A DNA stretch of 64,000 nucleotides from a virus. Both the position numbers and the translations under genes were made by a program. This document shows positions 49,182 through 58,083 of the stretch, piece after piece; the first letter of the stretch is position 1; every line of letters begins with the position of its first letter. The DNA lies in the IMG/VR virus record IMGVR_UViG_3300027702_000001. One strand, 5' to 3'. Below the pieces are notes generated by a model that saw only the letters and a list, made by a program, of their open reading frames with translations, did no database searches and was not told where the DNA came from.

Positions 49182-50672
49182 TTAAGATTCTTCTTTCTTA
49201 TATAGGGTAGATTGATAATACTCCAAAGGGGTTGGATAGTCTGGATCTGACTTGGTTAAATGATCCATAAACATATCATCAAAGTCGGGTGATTCGTAAC
49301 CATCGTGTCTGGCAATAACATCGAACCTATCAGGAATTATATCATATTCGTACCCACCTAGCAAGTAGAGAGCACCCTCGGATAGATAATTTAGGTTTCC
49401 GATCTGTTCAAATCTTTGTGTCAACACATCAGGGAACTCCGATTGGAAGTTCATCTGATTATAATGCTTCCAGAATGGTGTGTCACTCCTAGGACTCAAA
49501 CAGTAATGTGCTAGTACAAAATCCTTGAATGACTGTAGTCTCCTCTTCGATCCCCAGTTGAACTGTTCTCTTATGAAACCATTGTAATAGTCAATTTCTC
49601 TAGGAAGAACCTGTATCAGATTAAATAAGAACTCGTGAACTGAATATAATCCACCTGATTCTAGTGGTTCAATGAAACCACCTGCCAATCCAATAGATAC
49701 CACATTCTTCTTCCATATCTCTTTTCTTACACCTGTAGGGAACTCAAGGAATCTGAATTCCTGTTCATCACCTACACCTAAATGCTGTTTGAATTCTGTT
49801 AATGCATCCTCTTTCGATTGATGACGGGATGAGAATACATAACCCGTGCCAATTCGTGACCACGTGGGTGCTCTCCATACCCATCCACTGCTCATTCCTG
49901 TGCAGTTTGTGTATGCAACTAACTCTTTTGCTTTATCTTTATATGGTACTCTCGTTGTCCACGCTGAGTCACACATCAATTCATCTGTACCATTTATATC
50001 TGAATTCCACGCTTCCCACGTACTTCCTACCTCATTGCTGAGAATTGCAGCAAATCCTGTGCAGTCTATAAAAAGGTCTGCATCGTGCCAATCGCCACTA
50101 TGAACGCGAACTCTGCTAATCCCGTCCACGCTGGATTCAATTTCGCTGACTGTATCTTCAATGAGTCTAATACCTTTTGGTAGTGCATAGTTGTGTTTTA
50201 GATATTCTGCAAAGGAAATAGCGTCGAAATGGTAACCGACATTAAAATAAGTGAGATCGGGAATGAGTTTCCCATTTTCTGAACTGCGAACTGTATCTGA
50301 ATATATCAGACCCCAAGTCATACTGTCAACTTTTCCGATCTTTCGCCAAGTATAGTAGTCAGCAACAGATGCAGGTCCCTCTGTCTTCCCAAATGGGTAA
50401 TGGAATGGACCTTTTGGATTAAAGTTCTCGAATCGTACGCTATGTTTATATGTGGCATCACATTTAGGCATCCAGTCGGAATCTTCCAATCCCAGATACC
50501 TAATAAAAGTATTAAAAAATTGCGTTGTCGCTTCTCCTACACCAATTCTAGGTTTTGTAGGAGATTCGATCAACACAATCTCTTTTGTATCACCAAAATG
50601 TTTCGCTAGAACACTAGCGGTCATCCACCCTGCACTGCCACCACCGACAATACAGATTTTATGTAGTTGCAT
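49182..50672 (-). CDS. Flavin-dependent (tryptophan-type) halogenase 2
   Basis: GGGSAG, GVGEAT, ATYKHSV, FIDCTGF, GWVWRAP, GFIEPLESGG. Confidence 0.92.
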   Translation of the reverse strand: MQLHKICIVGGGSAGWMTASVLAKHFGDTKEIVLIESPTKPRIGVGEATTQFFNTFIRYLGLEDSDWMPKCDATYKHSVRFENFNPKGPFHYPFGKTEGPASVADYYTWRKIGKVDSMTWGLIYSDTVRSSENGKLIPDLTYFNVGYHFDAISFAEYLKHNYALPKGIRLIEDTVSEIESSVDGISRVRVHSGDWHDADLFIDCTGFAAILSNEVGSTWEAWNSDINGTDELMCDSAWTTRVPYKDKAKELVAYTNCTGMSSGWVWRAPTWSRIGTGYVFSSRHQSKEDALTEFKQHLGVGDEQEFRFLEFPTGVRKEIWKKNVVSIGLAGGFIEPLESGGLYSVHEFLFNLIQVLPREIDYYNGFIREQFNWGSKRRLQSFKDFVLAHYCLSPRSDTPFWKHYNQMNFQSEFPDVLTQRFEQIGNLNYLSEGALYLLGGYEYDIIPDRFDVIARHDGYESPDFDDMFMDHLTKSDPDYPTPLEYYQSTLYKKEES

Positions 50673-50678
50673 ACCAAA

Positions 50679-51197
50679 TTAAAGTTCTTCGTAGGTTCTT
50701 CCCCAGTTAGAATATCTTTCCCAACAAGGTTGTTCTTTCGTTGATAGTTTACAGGGTCTTCCGACTCCAGGCTCTACAGCGTCTGACATAAACTCAGCGA
50801 TCTCTTCCTCAGTCATTGTAGGATCCATTGGTTCCTCAACTGATGAAGGTGATACCGTGTTCTCTTTAACTGTCTTGACGTGATTATACCAAAGAGCATC
50901 CTCTGCTGTCAACGCTTTTCCTGATGCAAGGTCTTTGTAGAGCATATCCAATTGTGCTCCTACCTCACCATATGCCACTCTGCGAGTTGTTGCAGGGTCT
51001 GCATATGTTTCAGTTCTCTTAACCCAAGTCATATCTTCTGCTGAAGGTGACCACTCAAGAGTCCACACATTTGTAATATCATCAGGTGCATTTACCCACA
51101 TTTGTGAGCAACCACGACCCAAGAATAGTGCATATTCTTCCCCAGGTTCTACTACGTCAGCAACGTAACCTGTAAAATCCATTAATGCTTTTTTCAT
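50679..51197 (-). CDS. Tail-fibre assembly/chaperone-like protein
   Basis: RRVAYGEVGAQLDMLYKD...WYNHVKTVK resembles the RxxxYxxIxxQLDMLY motif of marine phage fibre-associated proteins; follows the Gly-rich fibre gene. Confidence 0.55.
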   Translation of the reverse strand: MKKALMDFTGYVADVVEPGEEYALFLGRGCSQMWVNAPDDITNVWTLEWSPSAEDMTWVKRTETYADPATTRRVAYGEVGAQLDMLYKDLASGKALTAEDALWYNHVKTVKENTVSPSSVEEPMDPTMTEEEIAEFMSDAVEPGVGRPCKLSTKEQPCWERYSNWGRTYEEL

Positions 51198-51206
51198 AGT
51201 GACCTC

Positions 51207-52007
51207 TTACTTGTAGTTGATAACAGTAACAACACCATACTTACCGTTTGAACCACGGAAAGAGTGGAAGTGACCACCTGAACCACCTGAACCATATGCT
51301 GAGTGATCTTGGTGGTTATGACTGAAGTTTCCTCCATTTGGCCAACCTGCAGCAACAGATCCACCGAAGTGAGAAGGTCCACCAGTTCCACCACCGTGAG
51401 CAGCGTGGGACTGTCCACCACCACCCCAGATATTCAGGTCTCCACCAGAACCTTCTCGTCCTAGTCCACCTGAGTGTGAGTTATTACGTGCAGCACCGTG
51501 TCCACCACCTGCTGACATATAAGGACCGAATGAAGATGATCCTCCATCACCACCACGGTTGAAATACCAAGTACCTCCACCGCCACCACCAATCGTAATA
51601 CCGACGGATGAAATGTTGGCAACTGACATCACACGCTCAGAGTAACCCCCTGCACCGCCTGATTCACCGTGACCAGCACCTCCACCACCGCCACCTTGAC
51701 AGCGTACGTGAATATATTTTACGCCACTTGGTCTATTCCAAGTACCGTTACCAGTCCAGATTTGCATAGAACTGATGTTTTCTGAACTAACGTCTGTCCA
51801 AGACATTGACGATCCGTTCGTGGTAAGAAACTTACCTGATTGACCTGAGACACTAGGCACGATCTGACTAGATGAACCTGACATCGTACCATTAACGGTC
51901 AAGTTACTAACAGTCAGCGTACCATTAGCAGTAATATTACCAGATGCGAGGGTAAAACCACCAATGCCAGACAGGTCTCTAATAGATGCAACTTTGAGTG
52001 TGCTCAT
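51207..52007 (-). CDS. Glycine-rich fibre-tip/adhesin-like protein (His-rich loops)
   Basis: MSTLKV N-terminus, PSVSGQSGKFLTTNG..SW linker, WNRPSGVKYIHVRCQGGGGGG, repeated GGG runs, C-terminal GxxGVVTV; 12 His; own late promoter. Confidence 0.75.
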   Translation of the reverse strand: MSTLKVASIRDLSGIGGFTLASGNITANGTLTVSNLTVNGTMSGSSSQIVPSVSGQSGKFLTTNGSSMSWTDVSSENISSMQIWTGNGTWNRPSGVKYIHVRCQGGGGGGAGHGESGGAGGYSERVMSVANISSVGITIGGGGGGTWYFNRGGDGGSSSFGPYMSAGGGHGAARNNSHSGGLGREGSGGDLNIWGGGGQSHAAHGGGTGGPSHFGGSVAAGWPNGGNFSHNHQDHSAYGSGGSGGHFHSFRGSNGKYGVVTVINYK

Positions 52008-52035
52008 TTTTTCCTGTTAAAATTTCCTCTGATGT

Positions 52036-52043
52036 ATTTATAC
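52036..52043 (-). promoter_or_regulatory. T4-type late promoter TATAAATA
   Basis: Perfect match 29 nt upstream of ATG 52007. Confidence 0.8.
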
Positions 52044-52044
52044 A

Positions 52045-52578
52045 TTATGTAGGTGGCACAGGGCGTGTGAAACCTGCAGGCAGATAAGGTTGGTCTGCTG
52101 CCCACTGTGCGTCATCGGGATAGTATCCGTCGTGGTACACAACTGTACCTTCAGGATTGACTCTTTGAGTGGATGGATCCTCGTAATCGGGGATCGTAAT
52201 ATCCTCTCTATGTATTAGAGATTTCTCATTATCACCTGCCCACATTTGAACTGCGTATTTAACTTCAGGAGTTAAAGCAGGTAATGATACTGTCAACTGA
52301 TATTTAGAGTCACTCGATAAAATGTTATCAAGTTGTTGTGTGAAGACCTGTGTACCATCTGGTTTTGAAACTGAAATACCGACTCGTAAACCGTTATCCC
52401 ATTTCAGTTTGTACTCTCCAAACTTTCTTACACTCATCTTAATGGTTATGTCTTTTGACTTTAGAGTCGAAAATCCACCACCAATAGTTGTGTTTTCGCC
52501 TATATCGAAAACTGCTGTAGCGACGTTGAAATTTTGAAAACCATCGTCTGCTGTCTTTGGGTCGTTAACTGTTGCCAT
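52045..52578 (-). CDS. Hypothetical protein (177 aa), probable structural
   Basis: Between two Gly-rich genes in the late operon; beta-rich. Confidence 0.65.
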   Translation of the reverse strand: MATVNDPKTADDGFQNFNVATAVFDIGENTTIGGGFSTLKSKDITIKMSVRKFGEYKLKWDNGLRVGISVSKPDGTQVFTQQLDNILSSDSKYQLTVSLPALTPEVKYAVQMWAGDNEKSLIHREDITIPDYEDPSTQRVNPEGTVVYHDGYYPDDAQWAADQPYLPAGFTRPVPPT

Positions 52579-52580
52579 AA

Positions 52581-53561
52581 TTAGATCAAATAACCAAGAG
52601 TTCCTATACCTTGTCCACCGTTAGGTTGGGCGTATCCTTGTCTGAATTGAGAAGAACTATCCCCTGGGGTTCCCCAGTCACCATTACTTATGGAACCACC
52701 GATGTGATATGGAGAAGAGATCCAAGATGCACCTCCACCTCCACCAGCAGCACCGTTACAGTCACAGCCAGGGTTTCCACCACATTGACCAGCATTGTAA
52801 CCGCCGCCACCGCCGCCTCCACCTGAAGCGTCGTTCCCTGGTCTGCCACATTCATCACCATTTGTATCACCGTTTCCACCCATTGCTCCACCTTGTGAAC
52901 CGCACTGTCCGTTTGCTCCTCTTTGTCCACCTGCTCCACCAGAACCTGCTCCAGAGCAACCTTCACGACCTCCACCTCCACCGCCGCCTGCTGCGACTGC
53001 GAGTATGTGTGTACTATCCATACTTACACCTAATGGTGTGAAGAGCATAGTTGCTGCTCCTCCTCCACCACCACCTGCTGAACATCCTCTACAAGATGCG
53101 TGGGTGCCACGACCACCTGAACCATAACCTGATCCATTGGTACCATTACCGCCGCCACCCCAACATCCGTAGCAACCTGATCCACCGCCGCCGCCACCGC
53201 CGACGTAAACTCTCATTCTTCCACCTGCAGCGATCCAATCTGCCTGTACTGTAATCTCACTATATGACATACCGCCTGCACCACCACCTGCTCCACCTTG
53301 TCCACCTGCACCGCCTGCTCCACCCCACAACCAAGCGTATAGAGTTGCACCTGCACCTGCATCAATGTATAGACTATTATCTCCTGTACTGGTAAATCTA
53401 TGGAATCTAAAGTTCTGACCATTATATGCTTGGTCAAACACTGTTCCATTGTCTTGAGCAATAATTCTTACCGAACCACCGCCACCTGCTCCTGCACCAC
53501 GTGATGCCAAAGAAGAAGACAAGGGACTGAACATCCCAGAATAACCAATGTTAGTAGACAT
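52581..53561 (-). CDS. Glycine-rich protein with Cys-containing loops (polyglycine-II bundle-like)
   Basis: WLWGGAGG, VYVGGGGG, LAVAAGGGGGG, GGGGGGYNAG, GGGGASW pattern typical of Gly-rich (ALK/gp38-like) domains; 10 Cys. Confidence 0.75.
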   Translation of the reverse strand: MSTNIGYSGMFSPLSSSLASRGAGAGGGGSVRIIAQDNGTVFDQAYNGQNFRFHRFTSTGDNSLYIDAGAGATLYAWLWGGAGGAGGQGGAGGGAGGMSYSEITVQADWIAAGGRMRVYVGGGGGGGSGCYGCWGGGGNGTNGSGYGSGGRGTHASCRGCSAGGGGGGAATMLFTPLGVSMDSTHILAVAAGGGGGGGREGCSGAGSGGAGGQRGANGQCGSQGGAMGGNGDTNGDECGRPGNDASGGGGGGGGYNAGQCGGNPGCDCNGAAGGGGGASWISSPYHIGGSISNGDWGTPGDSSSQFRQGYAQPNGGQGIGTLGYLI

Positions 53562-53563
53562 AA

Positions 53564-54430
53564 TTATGCTTGATAATATCCAGTAGCAGAACCCATCACA
53601 GTGAATGATTGCTGAGCAGTGTTAGGTGTGTAGACCAATGCGAATGAGACAACAACATAAGTATCATCTTCACCCCAACTTGGTTCAGCACCACCTGACC
53701 AGTATATAGTTGTTGACTGTCCGTTAACGTTAACTGATGTAGGAATACCCTCACCACCTTGGTTTTTGATAGCAACAGTCATACCATATGCGTGTGCACC
53801 ATCAGTAGGAACGTTAGTAAAACTGATAGTGAAATTACCACCACCAGTTTTGTTGATCCAGATTGAGTTTGAATTATTATAATCGTGAGTTATAGAACCA
53901 CTTGTTGTGTAATAGTAAACGCTCTCTTTCGTTTCACCGTAATGAAGTGTACCAGTGAATGTAGCGTGTTGTGATTCAATATCAACAAATTCAGCGTATG
54001 ACAGGTCATCGTCACCAAGTAGTGTCCAAGATGCACCGTTCTCAATGGTAACAGTATAACCTGAGTTAATTTGAATTGGACCTGCTGAGAATCCGTTTGT
54101 GAACTCTACACCGCCGTTTGCAGTAGGACCGACAGTTAAGTTCTCTCCAATATTTGTACCGTTAGTTCTAATGATAGAACCTTCACCAATAGCAGGACCA
54201 CCCCCACCAACATCAGTCCACCCAGGGTTGCCTTGTGCAGCATCCTGTTTGTAGATCTGTGCCATATCTTCAGTCGTGTTATAGACTAAAGTACCAAATG
54301 CGGGTGTACCGAGGGCATTGACCTGTGACTGGTTAAGTGGCGGTAAATTTATTTGTTCGGAAATAGACCACGCTTCAACTAGACCTCTAGTTGTCGCTTG
54401 TATCTGATTACCATTAATCTTTGTTGACAT
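53564..54430 (-). CDS. Virion structural/fibre protein (288 aa)
   Basis: MSTKING N-terminus, GTLVYNTT, NGFSAGPIQINSGYTVTIENGASWT motifs; late promoter upstream. Confidence 0.7.
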   Translation of the reverse strand: MSTKINGNQIQATTRGLVEAWSISEQINLPPLNQSQVNALGTPAFGTLVYNTTEDMAQIYKQDAAQGNPGWTDVGGGGPAIGEGSIIRTNGTNIGENLTVGPTANGGVEFTNGFSAGPIQINSGYTVTIENGASWTLLGDDDLSYAEFVDIESQHATFTGTLHYGETKESVYYYTTSGSITHDYNNSNSIWINKTGGGNFTISFTNVPTDGAHAYGMTVAIKNQGGEGIPTSVNVNGQSTTIYWSGGAEPSWGEDDTYVVVSFALVYTPNTAQQSFTVMGSATGYYQA

Positions 54431-54451
54431 AGGATCCTACTGCTCCTCTTC

Positions 54452-54458
54452 TATTTAG
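54452..54458 (-). promoter_or_regulatory. Late promoter (CTAAATA)
   Basis: 22 nt upstream of ATG 54430. Confidence 0.55.
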
Positions 54459-57400
54459 ATGACTAGTTCCCTGATCTGGATCACATCACCAGTTGAGGGT
54501 GGAGTACCGATTGAGAAGTCAACAGCGTTGCCGCTAACTTGATAGTCAGTGCCTGGGATTTGGGCGACACCATTCAAGAATACAAGAACAGAGTAAGAGG
54601 TATGCCCTGGGGAAATAGCAAAGGATGATGTTGACCCGTTACCATTGTATGTGACCCCGTTGTTATTGTTAGCAAGACCAGTTGCAAGTCTATACTTATC
54701 AGCAGCACCATACTTACCAGTAACATCAAGGTCACCAGAAATGAATGTGTTACCACTGATCTTCATTCTATTGGATGCATCAGGTGCCATTCCAATACCA
54801 TAGTTAGTGACACCACTGAACCTACGTGCAGTAATTGGTCCAGTATCTGTCATACCAAATTTGTACCAAGATCCTGAATCGTAGATCCAACCAAGTGAAT
54901 CACCTGCCTGCCAGTCGATGTTATAGATAATATCACCATCATTAAATGCCAATGCAGCATCAATATCTGGTTGACCTGACCCATCATCTTCTGCGAGGAA
55001 CGTCTGCTTTAGTACGGTTCCATCAGTGTTACTATAAGTTAGTTTCAGAGTCTGAATATTCTCCTGAGCAGTAATTCTCTTCTGGAATGTAACTGGACCT
55101 GAGAATACAGATTCCAACTGGTTAGATGCACCACCAATAACAGTTAGTTTGTCAGTAAGAACAATCTCTGAGAACGTCTCAATGGTTGTACCCTCTTCAC
55201 CCAACACGTTAAGTTGTGCAATATCTTCGTTAGTGATCTGACCTGTAACTGGGTTGATAACTTGGTTACCAACGAATAGTTCACCATCAGAGTTAACACC
55301 TGAGTAATATGCAACACCTGCTGCTTCTTTCAACGACTGTGACAGTCTGACCTGTGCGGGTGATAGAACTTCCACCTGTGTAGATGGGAATGCAGTTGAG
55401 TAGTTACCTGGCCCAAATCCAAGATATTCAAACGTGTGACCAGATGCTCTAAGGATGGAGTATCTTCGTAGTTCACATAGAATAGGAGCAACTGAGTTAT
55501 CAGCGTTCAACTTCAGAGGGATCTTTCTCTCTTCTTCATCACCAAGGCGTCCTGTAACAACAATACTGTTCAGTGTATTAGATGTTGTGTTATATCCTAA
55601 GTTGTTTTCCTGTTCAAGTAAGAAGAACTGAGTTGACTCTTTAGTAATAGAGAGTTTTGTGTTCTCATTAGGTGTAGGTGTGGCACCATCAGTTGTAGTA
55701 ACAACGCCAAGAATGTCATTGTCAGCAACTGAAATAGCGGGACCTGGGTCTGCTACTGGGTTGTCTCTGTCAAATGCGGGGTATAGATCAACTGTCTGCT
55801 GTGAGAATGCGAAGTCATCAAAGTTAGATGTAGATGGAGCAACTGATGCATTCAGGAAGGTTAGATAGTAAATACCATCCTTAAGACCTCTTTCAAATTC
55901 TTGATATACTTCTACTTCGTAGATGTAGTATGTCTTATCGTATGCAGGTGAGTTAGTCTCTGAAGATCTAGGTTGTACCACGAAACCAGTAATGGGTTGT
56001 CTAGGAATCGGGAACGCATCCTTGTCCAGTACATATCTAAATCTGTAGATTCTATCTTTAAGGTCTCTTGCGTCGGGTACTCTTCTAATGAATGATGTGG
56101 GCGTGAATCCAAGATTTTGATACTGACTGTTAGCAATTAGAGTTGTATAGATGTCGTTCTGGTTTGAATCGACTTGTAGATACCAGTTAGACTGGTTAGC
56201 ATCCCACTTGATAGGTGAGTTGTCATCACCTGGGGATGTACCTGTAACATCACCACCTGAAGGATCAATCTTCGCTGTGTGTGTTGTTGGTGAGTTTGCA
56301 CCTGAAGCAATCAACAGAACGTTAATCTTGTCAGGTAATGTAGGTGAATCTCTTCTAGCACCAATGGTGTAACCCTGAATCTTAGAGGGTGGTTTACCTG
56401 TTTCGTTTGTATATCCGTAGAGGTATAGTTTTGTAGGATCTGCTGCAGCACGGATCTTATTAATATCAAATGTCACCCAGTTGATAGAGATCTCTGCTAC
56501 GTCTGAAATATCTTTTGGTGGAATTACGTGTGTAATTTGACCTGCTTTATCTTTCGTGAATGAAGCACTCTTAAATCCTTTACTTCGAAGAGACGTATTA
56601 CCGAAGTTACTGTTAGAGTTAGTAATTGAAAGGTCACCACCACTGTCTGAGAAGAAGTGATCACCAAATCCAACAGCGAACACAGAAACGACCTGAATGA
56701 AAGCATCATTACTTGCTTTAATGTGGACGTGTCTCCATCCTTTTCTGTACTTACATAGTCCGTTAATATGTGCGCCAGATCCGCTTGCTTGTGCTTCATA
56801 ATTTCCTGTTGATGGGTTATATAATACGAATGCTCTGTCGTCTTTCTGTAGTGAAATACCAGTGAACTGAGCAACAACCATTGATTTAAAACCAGTGGCG
56901 AGTGAACCATCTGCGTGCATACCACAAATACCCCACACAGAACGTAGGGAGCAGTTGAACACATATGGTGACGCTGAGTCAACCGTGTCAATCTCAACTT
57001 TAACCAGTACGTTAGAACCAATCGCGTTACCTGACGGTTCTGCTGACATCTGGTAGGTAAACTGGTTACCCTGTGCTGACGTTACGAGGAATGATCCGTT
57101 GTATAGATTAGAGTCTGCCTCAGTTGGTCCAGTAACACCAGAGATGTTGACTGCAACACCAACAGAGAAACCGTGGTTGCTAGGGTTATCTTGAATATCA
57201 ACCGTAAAAGCAGTTGCAGTTTGACCATTTCGGATAATCTGAGATACTCGGAATTCGTCGGAAATCGGACCAACGATCCTGTTTTCCTCGACTCTTGCCT
57301 GTAACTGGTCTTGTGCGATAGTTCCAGAGGTATCTGGAATTGTTGCGTATGCCTTTGAGATCTTCTGGTAGTAGAGATCTAGGTCAAGGATCGTAGCATA

Positions 57401-58030
57401 CTCAAAACAAGTAATCTTATGGTGTGAGAAGTTAGGTGCAATAGTATCTGCAACATCTCCTCTATAATATACCCCGTTATTGTCCCCGTCGAAGAAGGAC
57501 ATCTGCCAGAAGTAAGTACCACCAGTCAATCTGAAGATTGCTGATGCCCCTGGTTCGTTTGCACCTGTGATACCAAGTGATGCGTTGATAGTAGGATATG
57601 GAACATACTTAGGAATGATCTTAGTTCTTCTAAGGTCAGATCCAACAACAGAACAACCCCTGGGAACGATGATACCACCGTTAACGGAGTTGAACTTATA
57701 CAGGATATTGTTAGGAGAAGTTAAATCAAAGTTTGTATTTTCGTCAAACGGCGTAATCTCGTTAAAATTGCTGGTCCCTGGTCTATTGTCTAGAACGTAT
57801 TCTGAAGGATATAGGTATATACTGAATGCGTCAAATTCGTCATTACTAAGTCCAACTCTATATGAAAATCTCGATACCTCAAGGAAGGCACGTTGCAACG
57901 TCTTAAACGGGCGCAGTGCCGAGTTACCTCGGTTGTCATATGCATCCGATGCATCGAAGTCGTCGGGGTTGACGTATATAATACGACCAGTCCTCGACGT
58001 GATGATATTTTTAAGACGTGTTAGTGCCAT
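54455..58030 (-). CDS. Large virion structural protein (1191 aa), tailspike/fibre-like
   Basis: IIYVNP...GNSALRPFKTLQRA N-terminal motif, beta-helix-like middle region, C-terminal GNGSTSSF...VFLNGVAQIP domain. Confidence 0.75.
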   Translation of the reverse strand: MALTRLKNIITSRTGRIIYVNPDDFDASDAYDNRGNSALRPFKTLQRAFLEVSRFSYRVGLSNDEFDAFSIYLYPSEYVLDNRPGTSNFNEITPFDENTNFDLTSPNNILYKFNSVNGGIIVPRGCSVVGSDLRRTKIIPKYVPYPTINASLGITGANEPGASAIFRLTGGTYFWQMSFFDGDNNGVYYRGDVADTIAPNFSHHKITCFEYATILDLDLYYQKISKAYATIPDTSGTIAQDQLQARVEENRIVGPISDEFRVSQIIRNGQTATAFTVDIQDNPSNHGFSVGVAVNISGVTGPTEADSNLYNGSFLVTSAQGNQFTYQMSAEPSGNAIGSNVLVKVEIDTVDSASPYVFNCSLRSVWGICGMHADGSLATGFKSMVVAQFTGISLQKDDRAFVLYNPSTGNYEAQASGSGAHINGLCKYRKGWRHVHIKASNDAFIQVVSVFAVGFGDHFFSDSGGDLSITNSNSNFGNTSLRSKGFKSASFTKDKAGQITHVIPPKDISDVAEISINWVTFDINKIRAAADPTKLYLYGYTNETGKPPSKIQGYTIGARRDSPTLPDKINVLLIASGANSPTTHTAKIDPSGGDVTGTSPGDDNSPIKWDANQSNWYLQVDSNQNDIYTTLIANSQYQNLGFTPTSFIRRVPDARDLKDRIYRFRYVLDKDAFPIPRQPITGFVVQPRSSETNSPAYDKTYYIYEVEVYQEFERGLKDGIYYLTFLNASVAPSTSNFDDFAFSQQTVDLYPAFDRDNPVADPGPAISVADNDILGVVTTTDGATPTPNENTKLSITKESTQFFLLEQENNLGYNTTSNTLNSIVVTGRLGDEEERKIPLKLNADNSVAPILCELRRYSILRASGHTFEYLGFGPGNYSTAFPSTQVEVLSPAQVRLSQSLKEAAGVAYYSGVNSDGELFVGNQVINPVTGQITNEDIAQLNVLGEEGTTIETFSEIVLTDKLTVIGGASNQLESVFSGPVTFQKRITAQENIQTLKLTYSNTDGTVLKQTFLAEDDGSGQPDIDAALAFNDGDIIYNIDWQAGDSLGWIYDSGSWYKFGMTDTGPITARRFSGVTNYGIGMAPDASNRMKISGNTFISGDLDVTGKYGAADKYRLATGLANNNNGVTYNGNGSTSSFAISPGHTSYSVLVFLNGVAQIPGTDYQVSGNAVDFSIGTPPSTGDVIQIRELVI

Positions 58031-58057
58031 CTTCTATAGGAATCCTGTCTATATGGT

Positions 58058-58064
58058 TATTTAT
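58058..58064 (-). promoter_or_regulatory. Late promoter (ATAAATA)
   Basis: 28 nt upstream of ATG 58030. Confidence 0.6.
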
Positions 58065-58083
58065 GAAGGGTCAAGATTGGGAT

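Noticed and set aside
51207-53561. Collagen-like or tandem DNA repeat call for the Gly-rich genes
   Set aside because: Gly occurs in runs rather than Gly-X-Y triplets, and the codons vary; it is protein-level low complexity.
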